Positions 23,121 through 33,080 are shown, counted from the first letter of the stretch. The stretch: DNA of 64,000 bases from a virus (IMGVR_UViG_651053022_000004:1-64000), one strand, 5' to 3'. Numbers and translations are program-made. The notes: generated by a model from the letters alone, not told the origin.

Positions 23121-23474
23121 GTGGCTGATTTCGATAACCTGTTCGATGCTGCCATTGTCCGCGCCGATGAAACGATACGCGGGTACATGGGAACGTCAGC
23201 CACCATGACATCCGGTGAGCAGTCCGGCGCAGTAATACGTGGTGTTTTTGATGACCCTGAAAATATCAGCTATGCCGGACAGGGCGTGCGCGTTGAAGGC
23301 TCCAGCCCGTCCCTGTTTGTCCGGACTGATGATGTGCGGCAGCTGCGGCGCGGCGACACGCTGACCATCGGTGAGGAAAACTTCTGGATAGACCGGATTT
23401 CGACGGATGATGGCGGAAGCTGTCATCTCTGGCTTGGGCGTGGCGTGCCGCCTGCCGTTAACCGTCGTCGCTGA
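23121..23474 (+). CDS. FII: Head-tail connector protein FII
   Basis: 117-aa translation (MADFDNLFDAAIVRADETIRGYMGTSATMTSGEQSGAV...) matches lambda FII. Confidence 0.95.
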   Translation: MADFDNLFDAAIVRADETIRGYMGTSATMTSGEQSGAVIRGVFDDPENISYAGQGVRVEGSSPSLFVRTDDVRQLRRGDTLTIGEENFWIDRISTDDGGSCHLWLGRGVPPAVNRRR

Positions 23475-23485
23475 AGGGGGGATGT

Positions 23486-24064
23486 ATGGCCATAAAAGGT
23501 CTTGAGCAGGCCGTTGAAAACCTCAGCCGTATCAGCAGAACGGCGGTGCCCGGTGCCGCCGCAATGGCCATTAACCGCGTTGCTTCATCCGCGATATCGC
23601 AGTCGGCGTCACAGGTTGCCCGTGAGACAAAGGTACGCCGGAAACTGGTAAAGGAAAGGGCCAGGCTGAAAAGGGCCACGGTCAAAAATCCGCAGGCCAG
23701 AATCAAGGTTAACCGGGGGGATTTGCCCGTAATCAGGCTGGGTAACGCGCGGGTTGTCCTGTCCCGACGCAGGCGTCGTAAAAAGGGGCAGCGTTCATCC
23801 CTGAAAGGTGGCGACAGCGTGCTTGTGGTGGGAAACCGTCGTATTCCCGGCGCGTTTATTCAGCAACTGAAAAATGGCCGATGGCATGTCATGCAGCGTG
23901 TGGCCGGGAAAAACCGTTACCCCATTGATGTGGTGAAAATCCCGATGGCAGTGCCGCTGACCACGGCGTTTAAACAGAATATTGAGCGGATACGGCGTGA
24001 ACGTCTTCCGAAAGAGCTGGGCTATGCGCTGCAGCATCAACTGAGGATGGTAATAAAGCGATGA
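23486..24064 (+). CDS. Z: Tail terminator/completion protein Z
   Basis: 192-aa translation (MAIKGLEQAVENLSRISRTAVPGAAAMAINRVASSAISQ...) matches lambda Z. Confidence 0.95.
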   Translation: MAIKGLEQAVENLSRISRTAVPGAAAMAINRVASSAISQSASQVARETKVRRKLVKERARLKRATVKNPQARIKVNRGDLPVIRLGNARVVLSRRRRRKKGQRSSLKGGDSVLVVGNRRIPGAFIQQLKNGRWHVMQRVAGKNRYPIDVVKIPMAVPLTTAFKQNIERIRRERLPKELGYALQHQLRMVIKR

Positions 24065-24456
24065 AACATACAGAACTCCGTGCAGCCGTACTGGATGCAC
24101 TGGAAAAACATGACACCGGGGCGACGCTTTTTGATGGTCGCCCCGCTGTTTTTGATGAGGAGGATTTTCCGGCAGTTGCCGTTTATCTCACCGGCGCTGA
24201 ATACACGGGCGAAGAGCTGGACAGCGATACCTGGCAGGCGGAGCTGCATATTGAAGTTTTCCTGCCTGCTCAGGTGCCGGATTCAGAGCTGGATTCGTGG
24301 ATGGAGTCCCGGATTTATCCGGTGATGAGCGATGTCCCGGCACTGTCAGATTTGATCACCAGTATGGTGGCCAGTGGCTATGACTACCGGCGCGACGATG
24401 ATGCGGGCCTGTGGAGTTCAGCCGATCTGACTTATGTCATTACCTATGAAATGTGA
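24061..24456 (+). CDS. U: Tail tube terminator U
   Basis: 131-aa translation ([43 protein letters not shown]...) matches lambda U. Confidence 0.95.
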   Translation: MKHTELRAAVLDALEKHDTGATLFDGRPAVFDEEDFPAVAVYLTGAEYTGEELDSDTWQAELHIEVFLPAQVPDSELDSWMESRIYPVMSDVPALSDLITSMVASGYDYRRDDDAGLWSSADLTYVITYEM

Positions 24457-24463
24457 GGACGAT

Positions 24464-25204
24464 ATGCCTGTACCAAATCCAGTAATGCCGGTGAAAGGGG
24501 CCGGGACCACCCTGTGGGTTTATAAGGGGAACGGTGACCCTTATGCGAACCCGCTTTCAGACGTTGACTGGTCGCGTCTGGCTAAAGTTAAAGACCTGAC
24601 GCCCGGCGAACTGAGCGCTGAGTCCTATGACGACAGCTATCTCGATGATGAAGATGCGGACTGGACTGCGACCGGGCAGGGGCAGAAATCTGCCGGAGAT
24701 ACCAGCTTCACGCTGGCGTGGATGCCCGGAGAGCAGGGGCAGCAGGCGCTGCTGGCGTGGTTTAATGAAGGGGATACCCGTGCCTATAAAATCCGCTTCC
24801 CGAACGGCACGGTCGATGTGTTCCGCGGCTGGGTCAGCAGTATCGGTAAGGCGGTGACGGCGAAGGAAGTGATCACCCGCACGGTGAAAGTCACCAACGT
24901 GGGACGTCCGTCGATGGCAGAAGATCGCAGCACGGTGACGGCGACAACCGGCATGACGGTGACACCCGCCAGTGCTTCCGTAGTGAAAGGGCAGAGCACT
25001 ACGCTGACCGTGGCATTCCAGCCGGAGGGCGCAACCGACAAGAGCTTCCGTGCGGTGTCTGCGGATAAAACAAAAGCCACCGTGTCGGTCAGCGGTATGA
25101 CCATCACCGTGAACGGCGTTGCTGCAGGCAAGGTCAACATTCCGGTTGTATCCGGTAATGGTGAGTTTGCTGCGGTTGCAGAAATCACCGTCACCGCCAG
25201 TTAA
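24464..25204 (+). CDS. V: Major tail tube protein V
   Basis: Translation from [42 protein letters not shown]... matches lambda V. Confidence 0.95.
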   Translation: MPVPNPVMPVKGAGTTLWVYKGNGDPYANPLSDVDWSRLAKVKDLTPGELSAESYDDSYLDDEDADWTATGQGQKSAGDTSFTLAWMPGEQGQQALLAWFNEGDTRAYKIRFPNGTVDVFRGWVSSIGKAVTAKEVITRTVKVTNVGRPSMAEDRSTVTATTGMTVTPASASVVKGQSTTLTVAFQPEGATDKSFRAVSADKTKATVSVSGMTITVNGVAAGKVNIPVVSGNGEFAAVAEITVTAS

Positions 25205-25219
25205 TCCGGAGAGTCAGCG

Positions 25220-25642
25220 ATGTTCCTGAAAACCGAATCATTTGAATATAACGGCGTGACCGTCACGCTTTCTGAACTGTCAGCCCTGCAGCGTATTGAG
25301 CATCTTGCCCTGATGAAACGGCAGGCAGAACCGGCGGGATCCGACAGCAACCGGCAGGTTACTGTGGAAGACGTCATCAGAACCGGCGCGTTTCTGGTGG
25401 CGATGTCCCTGTGGCATAACCATCCGAAGAAGACGCAGATGCCGTCCATGAATGAAGCCGTTAAACAGATTGAGCAGGAAGTGCTTACCACCTGGCCCAC
25501 AGAGGCAATTTCTCATGCTGAAAACGTGGTGTACCGGCTGTCCGGTATGTATGAGTTTGTGGTGAATAATGCCCCCGAACAGGCAGAGGACGCCGGGCCT
25601 GCAGAGCCTGTTTCTGCGGGAAAGTGTTCGACGGTGAGCTGA
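25220..25642 (+). CDS. G: Tail assembly chaperone G
   Basis: 140-aa translation (MFLKTESFEYNGVTVTLSELSALQRIEHLALMKRQAEPAGSD...) matches lambda G. Confidence 0.95.
   Translation: MFLKTESFEYNGVTVTLSELSALQRIEHLALMKRQAEPAGSDSNRQVTVEDVIRTGAFLVAMSLWHNHPKKTQMPSMNEAVKQIEQEVLTTWPTEAISHAENVVYRLSGMYEFVVNNAPEQAEDAGPAEPVSAGKCSTVS
25618..25624 (+). other. Programmed -1 frameshift slippery heptamer G GGA AAG for G-T fusion
   Basis: Heptamer gggaaag near the 3' end of G; the -1 frame continues as the T ORF. Confidence 0.85.
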
Positions 25643-26058
25643 GTTTTGCCCTGAAACTGGCGCGTGAGATGGGGCGACCCGACTGGCGTGCCATGCTTGC
25701 CGGGATGTCATCCACGGAGTATGCCGACTGGCACCGCTTTTACAGTACCCATTATTTTCATGATGTTCTGCTGGATATGCACTTTTCCGGGCTGACGTAC
25801 ACCGTGCTCAGCCTGTTTTTCAGCGATCCGGATATGCATCCGCTGGATTTCAGTCTGCTGAACCGGCGCGAGGCTGACGAAGAGCCTGAAGATGATGTGC
25901 TGATGCAGAAAGCGGCAGGGCTTGCCGGAGGTGTCCGCTTTGGCCCGGACGGGAATGAAGTTATCCCCGCTTCCCCGGATGTGGCGGACATGACGGAGGA
26001 TGACGTAATGCTGATGACAGTATCAGAAGGGATCGCAGGAGGAGTCCGGTATGGCTGA
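25624..26058 (+). CDS. T: T segment of the G-T tail assembly chaperone (made by -1 frameshift from G)
   Basis: -1-frame ORF (…FDGELSFALKLAREMGRPDWRAMLAGMSSTEYADWHRFYS...) matches lambda T. Confidence 0.9.
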   Translation: MFDGELSFALKLAREMGRPDWRAMLAGMSSTEYADWHRFYSTHYFHDVLLDMHFSGLTYTVLSLFFSDPDMHPLDFSLLNRREADEEPEDDVLMQKAAGLAGGVRFGPDGNEVIPASPDVADMTEDDVMLMTVSEGIAGGVRYG

Positions 26059-28612
26059 ACCGGTAGGCGATCTGGTCGTTGATTTGAGTCTGGATGCGGC
26101 CAGATTTGACGAGCAGATGGCCAGAGTCAGGCGTCATTTTTCCGGTACGGAAAGTGATGCGAAAAAAACAGCGGCAGTCGTTGAACAGTCGCTGAGCCGA
26201 CAGGCGCTGGCTGCACAGAAAGCGGGGATTTCCGTCGGGCAGTATAAAGCCGCCATGCGTATGCTGCCTGCACAGTTCACCGACGTGGCCACGCAGCTTG
26301 CAGGCGGGCAAAGTCCGTGGCTGATCCTGCTGCAACAGGGGGGGCAGGTGAAGGACTCCTTCGGCGGGATGATCCCCATGTTCAGGGGGCTTGCCGGTGC
26401 GATCACCCTGCCGATGGTGGGGGCCACCTCGCTGGCGGTGGCGACCGGTGCGCTGGCGTATGCCTGGTATCAGGGCAACTCAACCCTGTCCGATTTCAAC
26501 AAAACGCTGGTCCTTTCCGGCAATCAGGCGGGTCTGACGGCAGATCGTATGCTGGTCCTGTCCAGAGCCGGGCAGGCGGCAGGGCTGACGTTTAACCAGA
26601 CCAGCGAGTCACTCAGCGCACTGGTTAAGGCGGGGGTAAGCGGTGAGGCTCAGATTGCGTCCATCAGCCAGAGTGTGGCGCGTTTCTCCTCTGCATCCGG
26701 CGTGGAGGTGGACAAGGTCGCTGAAGCCTTCGGGAAGCTGACCACAGACCCGACGTCGGGGCTGACGGCGATGGCACGCCAGTTCCATAACGTGACGGCG
26801 GAGCAGATTGCGTATGTTGCTCAGTTGCAGCGTTCCGGCGATGAAGCCGGGGCATTGCAGGCGGCGAACGAGGCCGCAACGAAAGGGTTTGATGACCAGA
26901 CCCGCCGCCTGAAAGAGAACATGGGCACGCTGGAGACCTGGGCAGACAGGACTGCGCGGGCATTCAAATCCATGTGGGATGCGGTGCTGGATATTGGTCG
27001 TCCTGATACCGCGCAGGAGATGCTGATTAAGGCAGAGGCTGCGTTTAAGAAAGCAGACGACATCTGGAATCTGCGCAAGGATGATTATTTTGTTAACGAT
27101 GAAGCGCGGGCGCGTTACTGGGATGATCGTGAAAAGGCCCGTCTTGCGCTTGAAGCCGCCCGAAAGAAGGCTGAACAGCAGAGTCAACAGGACAAAAATG
27201 CGCAGCAGCAGAGCGATACCGAAGCGTCACGGCTGAAATATACCGAAGAGGCGCAGAAGGCTTACGAACGGCTGCAGACGCCGCTGGAGAAATATGCCGC
27301 CCGTCAGGAAGAACTGAATAAGGCCCTGAAAGACGGAAAAATCCTGCAGGCAGATTACAACACGCTGATGGCGGCAGCGAAAAAGGACTATGAAACGACA
27401 CTGAAAAAGCCGAAGCAGTCCGGCGTGAAGGTGTCTGCGGGCGATCGTCAGGAAGACAGTGCTCATGCTGCCCTGCTGACGCTTCAGGCTGAACTCCGGA
27501 CGCTGGAGAAGCATGCCGGAGCAAATGAGAAAATCAGCCAGCAGCGCCGGGATTTGTGGAAGGCGGAGAGTCAGTTCGCGGTACTGGAGGAGGCGGCGCA
27601 ACGTCGCCAGCTGTCTGTACAGGAGAAATCCCTGCTGGCGCATAAAGATGAGACGCTGGAGTACAAACGCCAGCTGGCTGCACTTGGCGACAAGGTTACG
27701 TATCAGGAGCGCCTGAACGCGCTGGCGCAGCAGGCGGATAAATTCGCACAGCAGCAACGGGCAAAACGGGCCGCCATTGATGCGAAAAGCCGGGGGCTGA
27801 CTGACCGGCAGGCAGAACGGGAAGCCACGGAACAGCGCCTGAAGGAACAGTATGGCGATAATCCGCTGGCGCTGAATAACGTCATGTCAGAGCAGAAAAA
27901 GACCTGGGCGGCTGAAGACCAGCTTCGCGGGAACTGGATGGCAGGCCTGAAGTCCGGCTGGAGTGAGTGGGAAGAGAGCGCCACGGACAGTATGTCGCAG
28001 GTAAAAAGTGCAGCCACGCAGACCTTTGATGGTATTGCACAGAATATGGCGGCGATGCTGACCGGCAGTGAGCAGAACTGGCGCAGCTTCACCCGTTCCG
28101 TGCTGTCCATGATGACAGAAATTCTGCTTAAGCAGGCAATGGTGGGGATTGTCGGGAGTATCGGCAGCGCCATTGGCGGGGCTGTTGGTGGCGGCGCATC
28201 CGCGTCAGGCGGTACAGCCATTCAGGCCGCTGCGGCGAAATTCCATTTTGCAACCGGAGGATTTACGGGAACCGGCGGCAAATATGAGCCAGCGGGGATT
28301 GTTCACCGTGGTGAGTTTGTCTTCACGAAGGAGGCAACCAGCCGGATTGGCGTGGGGAATCTTTACCGGCTGATGCGCGGCTATGCCACCGGCGGTTATG
28401 TCGGTACACCGGGCAGCATGGCAGACAGCCGGTCGCAGGCGTCCGGGACGTTTGAGCAGAATAACCATGTGGTGATTAACAACGACGGCACGAACGGGCA
28501 GATAGGTCCGGCTGCTCTGAAGGCGGTGTATGACATGGCCCGCAAGGGTGCCCGTGATGAAATTCAGACACAGATGCGTGATGGTGGCCTGTTCTCCGGA
28601 GGTGGACGATGA
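26051..28612 (+). CDS. H: Tape measure protein H
   Basis: 853-aa translation (MAEPVGDLVVDLSLDAARFDEQMARVRRHFSGTESDAKK...) matches lambda H. Confidence 0.97.
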   Translation: MAEPVGDLVVDLSLDAARFDEQMARVRRHFSGTESDAKKTAAVVEQSLSRQALAAQKAGISVGQYKAAMRMLPAQFTDVATQLAGGQSPWLILLQQGGQVKDSFGGMIPMFRGLAGAITLPMVGATSLAVATGALAYAWYQGNSTLSDFNKTLVLSGNQAGLTADRMLVLSRAGQAAGLTFNQTSESLSALVKAGVSGEAQIASISQSVARFSSASGVEVDKVAEAFGKLTTDPTSGLTAMARQFHNVTAEQIAYVAQLQRSGDEAGALQAANEAATKGFDDQTRRLKENMGTLETWADRTARAFKSMWDAVLDIGRPDTAQEMLIKAEAAFKKADDIWNLRKDDYFVNDEARARYWDDREKARLALEAARKKAEQQSQQDKNAQQQSDTEASRLKYTEEAQKAYERLQTPLEKYAARQEELNKALKDGKILQADYNTLMAAAKKDYETTLKKPKQSGVKVSAGDRQEDSAHAALLTLQAELRTLEKHAGANEKISQQRRDLWKAESQFAVLEEAAQRRQLSVQEKSLLAHKDETLEYKRQLAALGDKVTYQERLNALAQQADKFAQQQRAKRAAIDAKSRGLTDRQAEREATEQRLKEQYGDNPLALNNVMSEQKKTWAAEDQLRGNWMAGLKSGWSEWEESATDSMSQVKSAATQTFDGIAQNMAAMLTGSEQNWRSFTRSVLSMMTEILLKQAMVGIVGSIGSAIGGAVGGGASASGGTAIQAAAAKFHFATGGFTGTGGKYEPAGIVHRGEFVFTKEATSRIGVGNLYRLMRGYATGGYVGTPGSMADSRSQASGTFEQNNHVVINNDGTNGQIGPAALKAVYDMARKGARDEIQTQMRDGGLFSGGGR

Positions 28613-28938
28613 AGACCTTCCGCTGGAAAGTGAAACCCGGTATGGATGTGGCTTCGGTCCCTTCTGTAAGAAAGGTGCGCTTTGGTGATGGCTATTCTCA
28701 GCGAGCGCCTGCCGGGCTGAATGCCAACCTGAAAACGTACAGCGTGACGCTTTCTGTCCCCCGTGAGGAGGCCACGGTACTGGAGTCGTTTCTGGAAGAG
28801 CACGGGGGCTGGAAATCCTTTCTGTGGACGCCGCCTTATGAGTGGCAGCAGATAAAGGTGACCTGCGCAAAATGGTCGTCGCGGGTCAGTATGCTGCGTG
28901 TTGAGTTCAGCGCAGAGTTTGAACAGGTGGTGAACTGA
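28609..28938 (+). CDS. M: Minor tail protein M
   Basis: 109-aa translation (MKTFRWKVKPGMDVASVPSVRKVRFGDGYSQRAPAGLNANLKTY...) matches lambda M. Confidence 0.95.
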   Translation: MKTFRWKVKPGMDVASVPSVRKVRFGDGYSQRAPAGLNANLKTYSVTLSVPREEATVLESFLEEHGGWKSFLWTPPYEWQQIKVTCAKWSSRVSMLRVEFSAEFEQVVN

Positions 28939-29636
28939 TGCAGGATATCCGGCAGGAAACACTGAATGAATGCACCCGTGCGGAGCAGTCGGCCAGCGTG
29001 GTGCTCTGGGAAATCGACCTGACAGAGGTCGGTGGAGAACGTTATTTTTTCTGTAATGAGCAGAACGAAAAAGGTGAGCCGGTCACCTGGCAGGGGCGAC
29101 AGTATCAGCCGTATCCCATTCAGGGGAGCGGTTTTGAACTGAATGGCAAAGGCACCAGTACGCGCCCCACGCTGACGGTTTCTAACCTGTACGGTATGGT
29201 CACCGGGATGGCGGAAGATCTGCAGAGTCTGGTCGGCGGAACGGTGGTCCGGCGTAAGGTTTACGCCCGTTTTCTGGATGCGGTGAACTTCGTCAACGGA
29301 AACAGTTATGCCGATCCGGAGCAGGAGGTGATCAGCCGCTGGCGCATTGAGCAGTGCAGCGAACTGAGCGCGGTGAGTGCCTCCTTTGTACTGTCCACGC
29401 CGACGGAAACGGATGGCGCTGTTTTTCCGGGACGTATCATGCTGGCCAACACCTGCACCTGGACCTATCGCGGTGACGAGTGCGGTTATAGCGGTCCGGC
29501 TGTCGCGGATGAATATGACCAGCCAACGTCCGATATCACGAAGGATAAATGCAGCAAATGCCTGAGCGGTTGTAAGTTCCGCAATAACGTCGGCAACTTT
29601 GGCGGCTTCCTTTCCATTAACAAACTTTCGCAGTAA
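28938..29636 (+). CDS. L: Minor tail protein L
   Basis: 232-aa translation (MQDIRQETLNECTRAEQSASVVLWEIDLTEVGGERYFFCNE...) matches lambda L. Confidence 0.95.
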   Translation: MQDIRQETLNECTRAEQSASVVLWEIDLTEVGGERYFFCNEQNEKGEPVTWQGRQYQPYPIQGSGFELNGKGTSTRPTLTVSNLYGMVTGMAEDLQSLVGGTVVRRKVYARFLDAVNFVNGNSYADPEQEVISRWRIEQCSELSAVSASFVLSTPTETDGAVFPGRIMLANTCTWTYRGDECGYSGPAVADEYDQPTSDITKDKCSKCLSGCKFRNNVGNFGGFLSINKLSQ

Positions 29637-29640
29637 TCCC

Positions 29641-30069
29641 ATGACACAGACAGAATCAGCGATTCTGGCGCACGCCCGGCGATGTGCGCCAGCGGAGTCG
29701 TGTGGCTTCGTGGTGAGAACGCCGAAGGGGGAAAGATATTTTCCCTGCGTGAATATCTCCGGTGAGCCGGAGGCGTATTTCCGGATGTCGCCGGAGGACT
29801 GGCTGCGGGCAGAGATGCAGGGTGAGATTGTGGCGCTGGTCCACAGCCACCCCGGTGGTCTGCCCTGGCTGAGTGAGGCTGACAGGCGGCTGCAGGTGCA
29901 GAGTGATTTGCCGTGGTGGCTGGTCTGCCGGGGGGCGATTCATAAGTTCCGCTGTGTGCCGCATCTTACCGGGCGGCGCTTTGAGCACGGGGTGACGGAC
30001 TGTTACACGCTGTTCCGGGATGCTTATCATCTGGCGGGGATAAACCATAGAGCAGAATTATTTTTCTGA
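29641..30069 (+). pseudogene. K: Tail tip assembly protein K, truncated at a junction after codon ~133
   Basis: Product matches the full-length K paralogue at 49661-50404 up to ...TLFRDAYHLAG, then diverges to INHRAELFF-stop in AT-rich sequence. Confidence 0.85.
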
Positions 30070-30237
30070 TGTTGTTTATTGTTTATTTAAATGCAGGGTG
30101 GTTTATATCTCGTCTTGTAGTTTATCCATGCATATCTGCTTGATAATCAGGTTTTTATTTAAGGTATGGTTTTGTGTTTTTTCTGTATTACATGTCAGGT
30201 ATTTTAAAGAATCATTTTTCAGATGGTGGAAAGAACC

Positions 30238-30426
30238 ATGGCATTTAAACACTATGATGTTGTCAGGGCGGCGTCGCCGTCAGATCTTGCGGAAAAGCTG
30301 ACACATAAACTGAAAGAGGGCTGGCAGCCGTTTGGTAGTCCGGTGGCCATAACCCCTTATACCCTGATGCAGGCGATTGCAGCAGAAGGTGATGTGGTGG
30401 TCAGTGGTGCAACTGAGCCGGAGTGA
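30238..30426 (+). CDS. DUF1737-like small protein typical of lambdoid late regions
   Basis: 62-aa product MAFKHYDVVRAASPSDLAEKLTHKLKEGWQPFGSPVAITPYTLMQAIAAEGDVVVSGATEPE; assignment from recollection of proteins encoded upstream of holins. Confidence 0.45.
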   Translation: MAFKHYDVVRAASPSDLAEKLTHKLKEGWQPFGSPVAITPYTLMQAIAAEGDVVVSGATEPE

Positions 30427-30669
30427 TACTACGTCATCGTACTGGCCCGGCATTCTAGGCCATAAAGGACAGTCTGGCAGTGGGACTAAATGCACTGACG
30501 CTGACGGATATTACCAAAAATGCAACGTATGGCGTTGAGATAGAAAGTCTGGTGCTGGAGATAAATGTACCGGCATCATCATAAAAAGTGAGCCAGTCAA
30601 ATGGAAGGTATCGTTAAACTCACCGGTAGTGTCAGTGGGTCGTCTGAGATGCCTGCATGAGTTATCAGA

Positions 30670-30699
30670 GCCATCAGTACTTAACTGGTGGCTTTTTTT
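30670..30699 (+). terminator. Candidate late-leader terminator upstream of the holin
   Basis: Hairpin gccatcagtacttaactggtggc followed by a T-run. Confidence 0.45.
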
Positions 30700-30734
30700 A
30701 TTGTTGTCAGCTTCCGGATAACGGGAGACGGGGT

Positions 30735-30950
30735 ATGGACCAGATGGAAAAAATCACAACAGGTGTGTCATACACCACGTCAGCGGTGGGAACGGGCTAC
30801 TGGTTCCTGCAGTTGCTGGACAGGGTTTCCCCGTCTCAGTGGGCGGCAATAGGCGTGCTGGGGAGTCTGCTGTTTGGGCTGCTGACATATCTGACTAACC
30901 TGTATTTCAAAATCAGAGAGGACCGTCGTAAGGCGGCACGGGGAGAGTAA
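30735..30950 (+). CDS. Class II holin, S21-like pinholin (start at internal ATG)
   Basis: 71-aa product [71 protein letters not shown], two TM segments; resembles phage 21 S as I recall it. Confidence 0.8.
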   Translation: MDQMEKITTGVSYTTSAVGTGYWFLQLLDRVSPSQWAAIGVLGSLLFGLLTYLTNLYFKIREDRRKAARGE

Positions 30951-30954
30951 TTCA

Positions 30955-31305
30955 ATGACTCAAAACTATGAACTGATTGTGAAAGGGATCCGCAATTTTG
31001 AGAATAAAGTTACGGTAACTTTAGCGTTACGGGACAAAAAACGCTTTGACGGTGAAATTTTTGACCTGGACATCTCGCTGGACCGTGTTGAAGGTGCCGC
31101 GCTGGAGTTTTATGAGGCAGCAGCCAGAAGGAGCATCAGACAGGTCTTCCTGGATGTTGCTGCCGCGTTATGTGAAGGGGATGAGCAGTCGCCGGAAAAG
31201 CGCCCCGTAATTTTAGAGGCGCAGAATGTATGGATAACCTACAAAGGAAAGCTACCGGGAAGAATTACTGGTTCTCTGAAGACTCCTCCGGAATCACAAC
31301 CTTAA
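30955..31305 (+). CDS. Chimeric ORF: YdfR-like (DUF1327-like) N-terminus fused to a duplicated segment
   Basis: 116 aa; N-terminal ~73 aa resemble the small protein found between holin and endolysin in some lambdoid prophages; the last ~39 codons are the segment repeated at 32087-32205. Confidence 0.4.
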   Translation: MTQNYELIVKGIRNFENKVTVTLALRDKKRFDGEIFDLDISLDRVEGAALEFYEAAARRSIRQVFLDVAAALCEGDEQSPEKRPVILEAQNVWITYKGKLPGRITGSLKTPPESQP

Positions 31306-31339
31306 GTCACTGACCGGAACAGATAAACCTGTCCGTGGG

Positions 31340-31867
31340 GCAAAAATCAGATACGGCCTGTCGGCTGCCGTTCTGGCACTGATTGCCGTCGGTGCGCCCG
31401 CGCCTGATATTCTCGACCAGTTTCTGGATGAAAAAGAAGGTAACCACACAACGGCATACCGCGATGGGTCCGGCATCTGGACCATCTGTCGGGGGGCCAC
31501 GATGGTGGATGGAAAACCCGTTTTTCCCGGTATGAAACTGTCGAAGGAAAAATGCGACCAGGTCAACGCCATTGAGCGTGATAAGGCGCTGGCATGGGTG
31601 GAGCGCAATATTAAAGTACCACTGACCGAACCACAAAAAGCGGGTATAGCGTCATTCTGTCCCTATAACATTGGCCCCGGTAAGTGTTTCCCGTCGACGT
31701 TTTATAAGCGGCTGAATGCCGGTGATCGTAAGGGCGCATGCGAGGCGATTCGCTGGTGGATAAAAGATGGTGGGCGCGATTGCCGCATACGTTCAAATAA
31801 CTGCTATGGACAGGTTATTCGTCGTGACCAGGAAAGCGCATTAGCCTGTTGGGGGATAGAGCAGTGA
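31340..31867 (+). pseudogene. SAR-endolysin (lysozyme-like) copy A lacking a start codon
   Basis: Colinear with the intact copy at 32547-33080 from its third codon on, but the upstream in-frame sequence has no ATG/GTG/TTG before the catalytic region; only an internal ATG at 31502. Confidence 0.65.
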
Positions 31868-32268
31868 GCAGAGTCGCCGCGATTATTTATGCTTTGGTTA
31901 TCTGCATCATCGTCTGCCTGTCGTGGGCGGTCAATCATTACCGTGATAACGCCATCGCCTACAAAGAACAGCGTGATAAAAAAGTCAGTGAGCTGAAGCA
32001 GTCGATCGCCACCATCGCTGACATGCAGCAGCGTCAGCGTGATGTTGCTGCACTCGATGCAAAGTACTCGAGAGAATTAGCCAATGCGAAAGTCGCCGGA
32101 AAAGCGCCCCGTAATTTTAGAGGCGCAGGATGTGTTGATAACCTACAGAGGAAAACTACCGGGAATAATTACGGGTTCTCTGAAGAGTCCGCCGAAATGG
32201 TAATTTTACCAGCATATTTTTCATCCAGTAATACAGCAAGCCGCCTGAAAGAGTCTTGTTGTTCCTGA
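31864..32268 (+). pseudogene. Rz-like spanin 5' fragment (about 75 codons) fused to the duplicated segment
   Basis: [40 protein letters not shown]... is Rz-like up to ...ELANAK, then continues into the 32087-32205 repeat in an unrelated frame. Confidence 0.6.
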
Positions 32269-32441
32269 GACCATTTGGGATTGCATGATTCAAACTGGAT
32301 TGATGCCAGCGTTGATTGCATCTGTTCCCTTGGAATTGAGAATGCCAGATATGAGAAGGCGACGGTAAGGGTATTCACGTCTTCCCGAAGCCTGGAAATG
32401 CTGTCGAGCAACTCCTGTAGAGAAATGGTGTTATTGTCCAT
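32169..32441 (-). CDS. Hypothetical protein
   Basis: 90-aa minus-strand ORF between the duplicated segment and endolysin copy B; its last ~12 codons lie in the repeat. Confidence 0.3.
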   Translation of the reverse strand: MDNNTISLQELLDSISRLREDVNTLTVAFSYLAFSIPREQMQSTLASIQFESCNPKWSQEQQDSFRRLAVLLDEKYAGKITISADSSENP

Positions 32442-32546
32442 AAATAATCCTCATGATTGTATTGACCTGTTAGCAGCCTGAGGCAACAGGCTGGAACTGA
32501 TAAACATATCCAGGGCTCAGAAACCGATAAATCCTGATAAATATCC

Positions 32547-33080
32547 ATGAACGCAAAAATCAGATACGGCCTGTCGGCTGCCGTTCTGGCGCTGATTGCC
32601 GCTGGTGCGCCTGCGCCTGACATTCTCGACCAGTTTCTGGATGAAAAGGAAGGTAACCACACCACGGCATACCGTGATGGCGCGGGTATCTGGACCATCT
32701 GCCGCGGTGCCATCCTGGTGGATGGCAAACCTGTCGTTCCGGGCATGAAGTTGTCGAAGGAAAAATGCGACCGGGTTAACGCCATTGAGCGTGATAAGGC
32801 GCTGGCATGGGTGGAGAAAAACATCAAAGTGCCATTGACCGAACCCCAGAAAGCGGGGATCGCGTCATTCTGTCCGTACAACATTGGTCCCGGTAAGTGT
32901 TTCCCGTCGACGTTTTACAGACGAATTAATGCAGGTGATCGCAGGGGAGCATGCGAAGCGATTCGCTGGTGGATTAAGGACGGTGGCAGAGACTGCCGTA
33001 TTCGCTCAAATAACTGTTACGGTCAGGTATTCCGTCGTGACCAGGAGAGCGCGCTGGCGTGCTGGGGAATCGACAGATAA
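32547..33080 (+). CDS. SAR endolysin (lysozyme-like), intact copy B
   Basis: 177 aa with N-terminal signal-anchor-release-like segment (MNAKIRYGLSAAVLALIAAGAPAP) and E...D...T catalytic-triad spacing (DEKEGNHTTAYRDGAGIWTI). Confidence 0.8.
   Translation: MNAKIRYGLSAAVLALIAAGAPAPDILDQFLDEKEGNHTTAYRDGAGIWTICRGAILVDGKPVVPGMKLSKEKCDRVNAIERDKALAWVEKNIKVPLTEPQKAGIASFCPYNIGPGKCFPSTFYRRINAGDRRGACEAIRWWIKDGGRDCRIRSNNCYGQVFRRDQESALACWGIDR

Noticed and set aside
30427-30734. Possible tRNA genes or toxin cargo (e.g. stx) between the DUF1737-like ORF and the holin
   Set aside because: No acceptor-stem/T-arm pattern was found and the interval is far too short for toxin genes; it appears to be a late leader with a terminator hairpin.
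30657-30734. Extended upstream start for the holin ORF given in the ORF track
   Set aside because: The extension runs through a terminator-like hairpin and lacks a ribosome-binding site; the ATG at 30735 (MDQMEK...) gives a product of typical pinholin length.
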